Shown here: one piece after another, positions 13,701-24,100 of the stretch
How the letters are laid out: every line of letters begins with the position of its first letter
Position numbering within the stretch: the first letter of the stretch is position 1
DNA from: Harriotta raleighana
Lineage: Eukaryota
Reading direction: 5' to 3'
DNA length: 64,000 nt
NCBI GenBank assembly: GCA_050575255.1
Contig: JBNZDD010013567.1
Location: forward strand, 528,842 to 592,841
Notes under the pieces: model-generated
Databases searched by the model: none
What the model was told of the DNA's origin: nothing
What the model saw: the letters and a program-made list of their open reading frames with translations, nothing else
Translations under genes and position numbers: made by a program

Positions 13701-16700
13701 GTTATTACTCAGATAAGTCAGATGAAAAATTGGAAAATGAGCAATACACAGAAAATCTAATTGCAAGTCTTGCAATAATGTCAGACACTGTATTGGGCAA
13801 AAACATGTTACAAAGTGACACTGAAAGAAAAGAAACAAGTCAAATAAACCATCATGAAAATTCCTCTACTTCTCATGGCGAACTAGACAAGCCATTTACC
13901 CTGTCCTCAGAGTTCGGATCTTTTGAATGTGACGTGGCAAAGAAACAGTCAGACAATAGTAAAGATTTGTTCATACTCGAGAGCAGTGTGCCCGCCACTG
14001 GCCTGAAAGCTGATGAGGCGATCCGAGAAAATAACCAAGAAACACTAGTGAACAATATGCAGCAAAATATAACCAGTCACCAGTCAAATGACAAAACCAA
14101 AGCACCTTCCATTCTGTTAGAATCTGAGGAGCCATCACCGACAGTTACTAGTCAGAATATTTCCTCCAAATGTTCCCCAGTGACAAAATATAAAGAAATG
14201 AGCAGTGATAATACCAGTCCATTATTTGCTGCAGGAAGCTCGACTGAAGAACTTGACAGTGAAAAGCGAATGATGCACATTTCACAAGTCCCAATTGTAA
14301 ATCCCTTGCAGGAACTTCAACTCTTTGTTGCTCGCACAGCACGAAACAACGAAGAGCTAATGACAATGCCTTGCTACCCAGTACCGCTCCCTGTAACAAA
14401 CCAGTCCTCAAATGATAACAGCAACTCGGAGCAAGGTGAAGATATCCATTGCAGCACTCACAGCACAGAAAGTGCTACATCTGTCAAAGAGAAAAATGCA
14501 GGCAAAAGTGACTATCATATCTTGGATACACTTGGAGATACTCTGAGTGGAGAAGGTATGGTGAGCCTTCCATGTGTAACTGAAACCATTGCTGAGCCGA
14601 TCAAAGAAAATGGTAATGACAAAACACTAACTGTAATTGCTGATCAGCCTTTGACACCTCAGCATTTAAAAGAAGACTCAAATTCAGAATCTAAAGATGC
14701 TGTTGTTGGTACAGCTAATATTGTGGAAGAGTGTTGTTTGTTGCCACTGGATCTGATGAATGAAAACTCATCGATAGTGCAAGGAGAACAATTTGGCAAA
14801 AATACAGATAGCACCCTCAAGGCTGATTGCAGCTCCATGTCACTCACCTTGGTAAGAGAAGAAAAAGCAGAGGGAGTAATAGGTGCTGTTGTGGATAATA
14901 AAATTGTAGATAAATCAGCTGAAAAAGAAAAACAATCTATAGATGTTTTGGAGATGAATCTTCAACCCAATGAGCCAAGTTGCCCTCTGCTCCAGAAATA
15001 CACAGCTCCCAAACTCTCTGAGAAGAAAGTAGCAAAAGAACATTTGGACAAAAATAAAATTTGCGAGTGTGAACCTGCATTAGGAATTGTCAACGCAGTC
15101 GAAAAAACGGAATACCAGCTTTGTCTGTATGAGTCACAAAAATCCCTTGATGGGAACTCAACAAGCACTGACAATAGTGATAATTTACCTGTAATACACA
15201 AGTTGACAGAACCGTCTGAAAAAAACACAGATTGTTCTGAGGCGAATAGCAAATCAGAACAACTGCCCCTCAAATTGCCAGAGGCATTTGGTGAAATTTC
15301 ACATGTAGAAAATGATGCATTTGAGGTACAAAAGTGCTCAAAAAATTCCAATGGAAATGTGCTGCACATTCAGGGAAGTGAAGAATTGTCTTTCATGCAC
15401 TTGCAATACAATTCTCCAAACGTGAAGAAAACATCTCTCCTCTGTATAACTGGACCTCAGGATAAAGTAATGGAAAGTGACATTGAAAGTGAACTGCCAA
15501 CAAAGCAAGCTGTAAATAGTGATTGTGATTTAGGTCTGGTACCAATTGGAGAAAGTATTTCCTTGGATTCAGATTTATCTAAAAAAGATATGGAATCAAT
15601 TACCAATGTGCCAACCAATGCTAAAAATTCTACCACAAACAATAGTTCATATCTTAGCAAAGATAGTGTGGTTGACAAAAAAATATGCGACCCAATTACA
15701 TCAGTCCCTATCAGTCCACCTGCTTGCAAGCAAACAGATTCTATTGACCATAATTTGCCTGAAGGATTAGCTAACACATCACATCTATTCTGCGATGTAC
15801 CTTTAGAAATCAATGATCTTTGCACACTACCAAAAGATTCAAGTGTTTTGGTAGAACATGAAGAGCAATGCAATTGTGCCTGCATTGAGATTTTATGTCC
15901 ACATGACAAAAAAACTATTCTCCCTTCATTGCCTGACAAATTGGACAAAATGTCATCTCCTTGCCAAAATGATTCTGACTTAAACATACAGCATGCAGGC
16001 CCTGCTACTTCCAACTCAATGGAAGCTTTGATCGATCAATATTCAGATTGCCTGCCTGGTAAAGAACAATCCCCCAGAAGAGGTAGATCAGTTGCTGATT
16101 CAAGGCCACCAGTAGTCAGCAATGAGGAGAGAAAATCCTTTAAACCTGAGGAAACCTTACATTGCCATTTACAAGATGAAACATTTCCCAGTGGAATTAA
16201 GGAGATGGAAGGTAATTTATTCACTGATAAAGATAACTTGTTCATCAATTCAAAGTCTTTAACTGAAGACGATAAACTTTGTGGTGGACGTGTGGACCAA
16301 CAGAAGAGCGAAGCAGCTTTTGGCATCACAGATAATACTAAACAATTAAAACTATGTCCAGATGGCTTGAGCGAGAAACAATTTATGGAGATTCCAGGAA
16401 CGTTTAGAGATGAAACTGTTAAAGAAAGTGGTGTTTGTGAAGATTCAGGCTTATTTCTTAGCGATGAAAGAACACAGACAGTAATGAATGTACTGGGAAA
16501 GGTTGAGGATGATTGTGATGGTGTAAGCAGAGGAGATGTATTGAATAGTTTGGAGTTCTCTAGAACACTGAATACTTTAAGTTCCAGCATGGCAGTAGAT
16601 AATGTGGCAAATAATTCATTTACAGAAAACAGTTCAAAGACCAATGCACAAAAAATAGTTGAATTCTCTGCTTCTTCAACACAGCATAATCCACAGTCAG

Positions 16701-19700
16701 TCATAATGTGCGATATATGTTCAGCATCATTCAGATCCAAACAAGGTTTAATGAGACACAAAGCCATCAAGCATCGTCTGAAAAATGCTAATCAAAGTAA
16801 ACTAACCAGAATTAAAGCAACTTCTACACAAACTAAGAAAGCAAATGTAATTTGGAAAGAGGAATTAAAAACATTTGAAAGCAGCATTTCAGAAAATACC
16901 TGTACAATTGACCAAGAGACATTAAGTTCTTTGGTTAATTCAGTACAAGAAGAAAATAATGATTTTGATCAGCAGACTTTCTTAAAAGGAGATAAACACG
17001 TCAACAAAAATAATTCTGTGTTCACTTCAAATAAAGCAGTTGTATACTGTGAACCAAATGAGCAACATCTTAACAACGCTAAAGCTAACACAGAGGAAAC
17101 AAACTTTAGTAGCAGGGTGGATTTAGCTGAACTTTGTGTAGTACAATCTGGCCTGGATTCTACTGCAGTGATTCACAATCAAACTTTGGATGCAAAAAAA
17201 TCTAATGAGGGTAAGGCTGCAAAGCCTAAAAAACACAGACAGTTTAAACAAGAGAATCTAAAGCAGAATTCTAATTCTGTGAATACAAACAACGAGAGGC
17301 AAAGGAAAAGGCAAACACAAGACACCACTAACGCCATCGAAGCAAACAAGAAGGTTGAAAAAATTGAACTGGCGCCAAGTTTGGATGCAATTGGCGGACC
17401 TGATGATCTTGTGAAATTATCTTCACAGTCAGAGCAGCAGGTGAACGTTAGTTGTGTACCAAAGGAAAGTGAGGCCTGTCCACTGTTACAGCTTCAGGTA
17501 ATGACAGAATCATATAGCAGCACTCCAGGTGACCGGCAGAGAGAAAATACAATAACAGCAACAAATACAACAGTCAAAGCACACACTACACCAGAAGAAA
17601 GGATGTCGCGGGATGGGATTTCAAACAATGGAACACTTTCTGTGCAGGGAAAAAATTGCAGTGTAATTCGTGCTTTATTTGATGACAACCAATGTGAGAA
17701 AGAAAGGTGTAATGGTTCTACAACCCAGATGGATGTCAGAGACGGGTTTTCCTTCAGTGCAAACATTCAGGATGAAAATCATATAAAGATAGAAGAAGAA
17801 ACTAGTGAAAAAGAAGTTAATTTATTGCAAAAGGATATCGATTGCCAACATTCAGATGATACAAGCTTTTCAGTCTTTAACAGTTCAGTGACCAGCCAGG
17901 TTAATGGATCTCCACTGAAACCCATAGATGCAGACCCTCCAGCTTTAACAACTCACAGTAATGATGAAACATCCTTTGATAACACTCAGGATATGACAGC
18001 ATCGAAACATTGGAGGGAACATTATTCTATTGATCGTGAGATCCCCGTTTTAGAAGCCATGCATTCCAATTCCGAATCCCGAGATCTTTCAAATCTGGAA
18101 AGTGCAATGTCGAAAATATTTCCTGAAGGAAATCCAATTGTAAGGAAAAAATGCCCAAGAGTCTATGGAAAAAGAAGCAAAAAACCTAAGGTGGATACAG
18201 AGCTGAATACAACTGAAAGCCTTTATGTAGACAGAGTAACGTTAGACAATGACAATGAGCAAGTTGCCACCTCCTTCACCAAAAGACCAGAGCAATGTGA
18301 ATATGAAACAATTTCAATAGATGATACCATCATGCTGCATATAAGTCACAACAGCAAAACGATAGGCAGTAAAAAGAGTTCTGCCCGTGATGAACCTAAA
18401 GTATTTGAAGAAAGTACACATGAACGTAGAAGCGAAGATGCTTTTGAAGGCACGGAACTATCTGAAAAAGACAACATAAATGTTATGGAGATGTTGTATC
18501 ATCAAAACTGCAAAATGGAAACCATGTCTGAAGAAGCTGTAAACTCTTTAGTGTGGGACAGTCCTCGAGAAGCACTGGCAAGTACCTCAACTCATGGTAG
18601 CATAATCTCGTTTGAGGCATCTTCAGACAAAGTAACCAATGTAGAAAATAGTGTACCAATAATTCAGAATGAATTAGAGCTACCAAAAACATTAACTGCC
18701 CAATTGTTGGAGCCTTATGATAGTCCAGCCTCCGATCAGGGCAATCCTGCAGGTTTGGGGATAGGTGGGATCCAAGTATTAAACCATGACTATGAACTTT
18801 CAGACAGGCATCTAATTCCAAGTTCCTCTGTGAATAAATCTTCCGGCTTCAGCATAACAACCACTACCAACGAGGAAGTCAACAACAGTATCAAAGTCTC
18901 AAAAGTTCGGTCTGAGGACGGAAAAATGGTAAAGAGTCGTACAGAGCTGAGCATCAAATCCAAAGATAAGCAGTACAAATGCAAGGTTTGCTTTCAATGG
19001 TTTCTTACTATTGGAGAACTCGACTTTCACAAGCTCTCGCACAATCCGTCCCCTCCACCTACTTGCTACATGTGTGTTCAGAGGAAGTTTAGTTCCAGAG
19101 AGCAGCTGAGGGATCACTTGAAAGAGAAGCATGCTAAAAACAAGGCAGGCATCTGGACTTGTGGAATGTGCCTGAAAGAAATTTCAGATGTATGGATGTA
19201 CAATGAGCATTTGCGGGAACATGCCACCCAGTTTGCTCGAAAAGGACAAGCTCAGAAATCAGTGATCGGACTGCCTGGCTGCTTCAGTGAAGACAGTGCT
19301 ATGAAGACCTTCTTCAATACAATCCTGAATAAAAAACCCGCAAAGTCCACAAAAGCTACAGAATCGGGAACAAAGTCTATGACTAAAGAGAACAAGGTGC
19401 TAAAAGAACATCAAGAGCCAACTTCAAAAATTAAAGAGCAAAGTGAGGCCAGTGTTAAAAATAAAGTGACTTTTACAAGTGCTCTTAAACTTTCTACTTC
19501 TTGGAATCCAGAGCCTATGAAGAGGGCTGAACCAATACAGAAGAATTTCTCCATCCATCCTGACTGCAAGGACCCTTCCAGGGACTGCCACCATTGTGGG
19601 AAGCAATTTCCCAAACCATTTAAACTTCAACGTCACTTGGTCGTTCACAGTTTGCATAAGATTTATCTCTGTTATAAATGTCCTATTTTCTATTTGGAAA

Positions 19701-21175
19701 TGCAGGAACTGAGAGCCCACCTTAAAGCAGAGCACAGGGTGTTGGAAGAACCTGAAATCAAACACACAACACTGTACACCTGTGAACTCTGTGCTGACGT
19801 TATGCATGTTATAAAAAAGTCTTTCATTTGTAGCACTTGTAATTACACATTTTCTAAGAAGGAACAGTACGATAGGCACATGGAAAAGCATCTGGCAGGT
19901 GGAAGTAAGACACAGAAATTCAGAGGAGTGATGAGACCACATGTGCCTTTGCAGGATGGAAAGTTTGATCCACAATCAAGTTTGACTCACAGTTGCTCAA
20001 GTATTTCTTTGCCACCTATTAAAAAGCAAAAGGTCAGTCACAATCGTATGATTGAAACAAGTTCAGAGAACAATATTCCAACTGTTTCTTCCATTGATTT
20101 TGCACAGACACATCTTTATGACAATTCCTTGCCTGGACCTTCAGACTTCTTACCTTCAGAGGTAGTGAATACCACAACAGTAAAGCTCCATGATTTGGCA
20201 GCCAGACGTACAGATATAGTGGGTGATTTTTCGGAGCTCCTGGCAGAAATGGAACAATCCCAATTAAATCTTGTCCCTCCCCGTCCTTGTGTCTCCCCAG
20301 CTGTCTGCCATTCATTATCCAGTGACCTGCATTTGGTTAATTTAGATGGTCTACCCATGGCAAACATGGATAGCCAACTGTATAATATGGCATCGTCAGG
20401 AAATTCAGTTCACAAGTGCGCAATTAAATCGAATGGCAGCGTTACTCAGGGTCAGCATCTGGCAAAGGACAAGCTATTACAAACAGAGTTCAGTAAAAGC
20501 ATTAAACAAACAAATGATCTCCAGAAAACATCTTCCAGCAGCCAGGTCAAAATTGAAATAACAGCCACTGAGAATACCAGTTCAAAACCAAATGCTCATG
20601 AATGTAAGCCGACAGACAAACATGGCATAGATTCAGAGACAAAAATCAATCACAAAAAGCGAAAGGAGTACAAAACCTGGTCGTCCAGTGTCAAACCCAA
20701 TGGCAACTACAGAATCAGCATAAGTGAGGGGAACAAAAAGAGAAAGCCAATCAGGAATGACTGCATTGGAGCCATGAGGAAAGTCGACATTCCCCTCAGT
20801 ATTCAGAGGATTTCTACTGCTAGAGGCGAGTCAGCAGGAGGCCATTTGACCTCCAGATCAAAACCTTGGACAAACAATCCTCAACCTAAAAAAAATGGAA
20901 TTGATTTCTGTCCACCCAAGCGACCAGAAATGAGGTCTTCCAATGGAGAACATAGGCATAAGAAAGAGTTAATCTCAAAACCGTTACTTCATTCTAAGGG
21001 AGGATCTCAGTCTGTGAACAGTTCAATTAAAAAACATAGATTGATACAAGGTGTAAAACTTGTTGAATCACGTAATTACCGGACCGCAGAATCCCAGAGT
21101 AATCTTCTCAGTCAACTATTCGGACAAAAAATAACCAGCTTCAAGATTCCTTTAAGAAAAGATATCTCGGAGTGA
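7778..21175 (+). CDS. ZNF469: Zinc finger protein 469, entire CDS in one exon (4465 aa)
   Basis: Uninterrupted 13,398-nt ORF. The protein is mostly low-complexity with one N-terminal CCHC finger (~10448-10510), one isolated C2H2 finger (~16709-16774) and C-terminal C2H2 clusters (~18974-19222, ~19586-19891; e.g. [21 protein letters not shown]). The C-terminus [31 protein letters not shown] and the motifs [10 protein letters not shown] and [12 protein letters not shown] match my recollection of ZNF469 orthologues, which also have a single coding exon. Confidence 0.93.
   Translation: [4465 protein letters not shown]
9035..9095 (+). repeat. In-frame 18-bp tandem repeat in ZNF469 ([18 protein letters not shown])
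   Basis: ggtgctgtatcttcgtct / ggtgcaatatcgtcacct / ggtgctattccttctccc / ggtacta. Confidence 0.7.
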
Positions 21176-24100
21176 ATTCATGCATCATAACGTATATGGA
21201 TATTCAAAACTGAATCTGCTTCTAGTAGAATTATGGAAAATCATCAAAGCATTAGATTTCTGCAGGATTATTTCTGCATATAGCTGAAATGGTCTTGCAC
21301 AGCTGCCTCTGTGAAGTACTTAACTTTTTTTAATGTCTTGTAATCTCGTGCTATAATTCACCTGTTTTATCATGCAAATATTATGACTTTGATGTTGCTG
21401 ATGAGAAAATTGTATTCGCTTTGGGCAGACCAAGTTATGATGGGTAATTGCCTTAAACTCTAGAGTAACATAGAAATACTGATGTAATGTGCTACATCAA
21501 AACAGCAGTCATTCAGACTGTGCTATTTTATCTTCCGAAATATACAGAGATGAGCAACATTCCATTTGCATTTCTTTGTTTCTGTGGACTTCATTGTGTG
21601 GCTGTCATTAAAGCAACAGTGTTTTTTTTTGTTATTCCATATAGATTTTGACATTCAATTCAAGCCCAGTTACATTAAAAAATATATATATACTGGGGCA
21701 TATTTCCACCTGTTAAAATAATTGTGTGGGTGTGTGTATTTCTCAAATCCTTATGTCATTCCCCAAGCCAGAAAAGATGTCAGGCAAAATTTCACAGCAT
21801 TGGAACATTTTTAATCCCCTTCAGTAGACTTGTTCTTTTAAAAAACATGACTTTCTTGAAGCTAAAGTAGAAGAAGAAACTGTTTGTAAAATAAAATTGA
21901 CAAGCGCCATTCCTGGCAATCTCTTTCATGCACAGATCATATTCAGACTAGTCACAGATCTCTCATTTGCACTCTTCCATTTGCTGACTCCGACAGCTGT
22001 CTGCCCATTCATTCTTTGCCCATTCAACTCTTGCCAGATACAGCCCCACTGTTTTCAGCTTTGATCTTCTACACAGGACTCTCTCAGCTGGCAGAAATAT
22101 CATCAAATTCTGAAGATATTTATCGTTCCGACAATCACAAGTTTTCTGTATCATTTTCTTTAAGTGCAAATAGGTCACTCAGTACCACTTTGGTATTGGT
22201 TTGTCTATCTTGTCAATTTATACCCATCATCCTTGGCGAAACATGTCACAAAAACACCCAGCCTCTGCACTTGAGTCTTTCTCAGGATCTAGCTTTCAGT
22301 TGAGTTAACTGGATAAAATCCTATGCACTCTTTGTCACGATGCTACATGTCTCTCTACCTCTTTTGTAGTTTCCATAACCCATTAAATCTTAGTGTTCTA
22401 TACATCTCTTCTTGCCTTCTTTGTCCCATGTATGTAAAAGTTACCAACGCTTCGTCCATTAATGATGTCTACTTTATTCACTATGCCCTCAACCCTCTTT
22501 GGGTACCCTGATTTCAGGATAATATTCTTGGTCTTCGGGAAGTTGATGCTGATTGTTCCTTTCTTTTCCATTATCAAACAGGTTCAAACTCACCAGGATG
22601 CAAAGATCCATTGAGAAAGCAGCATTATTACCAGTGCATCCTAATTTATTCCCATGGCTGGGAAACACTAGTGTTTCCACTTTAAATTGCATCGCACATG
22701 GTGTAAATCATGACCTGATTGAACTAGGTGTTAAGGCCTTCACATGGAAGTATTCTGACATGATAGTTTCAGCAGCATAAACCTTTGTAACCCCATACAT
22801 CTCCTTTGAATAATTTTTCAATTACTTTAGAAAACATTTTCCCACACGGTGCGTTTGTAAATCTGCCCACTTCGAAAATCTTCTTGAACTTGCTTCAATC
22901 CACAATTTCCATGTAAAAAGGTTGAAACTTTGATATTCAGTGTGAATGAGCTTGTGGTAGCTGCAGATACAATACACTGCATCGCTGAACAAAAACTTAA
23001 ATCAGTAACTGTTAGATTTGTTGCACATATAGAAATGTAAACTTCCTGCCCAGATTATAGTATGTACATGTGAAAACAAGTTGGTAAGGCTGTTGCAATT
23101 GCTTATAAAACTACTGGGGTGCATTAAATATTTGCAATTGTGTTAGATGCAAATGAATGAAGCTATTGAGGCTTAGTTCACTATCTTCCTACTTGCCAAA
23201 TTATAATACACAACTACACCAACCGACCACAGCCACACAGATACTGCTCTGGTGAATATGCTCCCAAAACTGCCTTTGTTTCTCCTTAATAACGGTACAT
23301 TTTACGTCCACTCTGAACTGTACAATAACTGGTGCTATTTTTCTAATGTGAATGTTGTCTTCCTTAGAGCAAAGGAACAACCAGAAAGTATCTTTACCTG
23401 TTGAAAACACAATAAGCTGTTATGTTGAATTGAAATCCTGTAGATTGATTTTCTTTTGTGTATAATTTTTTTTAAATGTATGCTTATTTCATTTGGAATA
23501 CAAACTCAGGTGCAAGAAAAGACATTTGATGTTATTGATGAATTCCCTATTTGAGGAGATATCATTTATGCACTGAAGTTATGTTGCAGACATTTGGAGT
23601 GTGTTTTGGCTGTCTGTCCTGCAAATTTTAGATCAAAGGTGCTTTATTCTGTTTGATGTGTATCTTTTTATCATATTGTAAAGTATTTAGGTAATTTACT
23701 TTTGGGTGCAATGCATATTTCAGAAATTTATTTTAGTATTTTTTTAAAAGAGCATATTTGCAGTCTTAAATTGTAAGTATGTTACAAAAGTGCCTTTTAG
23801 ACCTATTATAAATGTTGGTTATTACAACCCAAAGACGCATCTGTTTTACAATATTGTATACATGTATTGACTGAGTTTTTACAAACCTTATATGAAATTT
23901 TAAGCCGTTCACATTACCCTTAAAGTAATTCACTGTGTATATATTGCAATAGTAGTTTGCTGACTGTGCAATTAACAGGAAGCAGAAATGCTTAAAAACA
24001 ACTTATATATTGGACTTTTTGACCAATTTGCCTATTGCAGCTTTGTGTAAATCCGCAGATGATATTTGCACGTGCACTTAAATAAATATTTTCAAGCATG

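Noticed and set aside
8034-20561. Many alternative-frame and antisense ORFs inside ZNF469, up to 244 aa (16036-16770)
   Set aside because: These are expected shadows of a long coding strand and show no recognisable domains.
21960-22920. Pyrimidine-skewed block in the 3' UTR that looked like antisense coding sequence or a pseudogene
   Set aside because: The minus-strand frames I translated are short and match no family I recognise.
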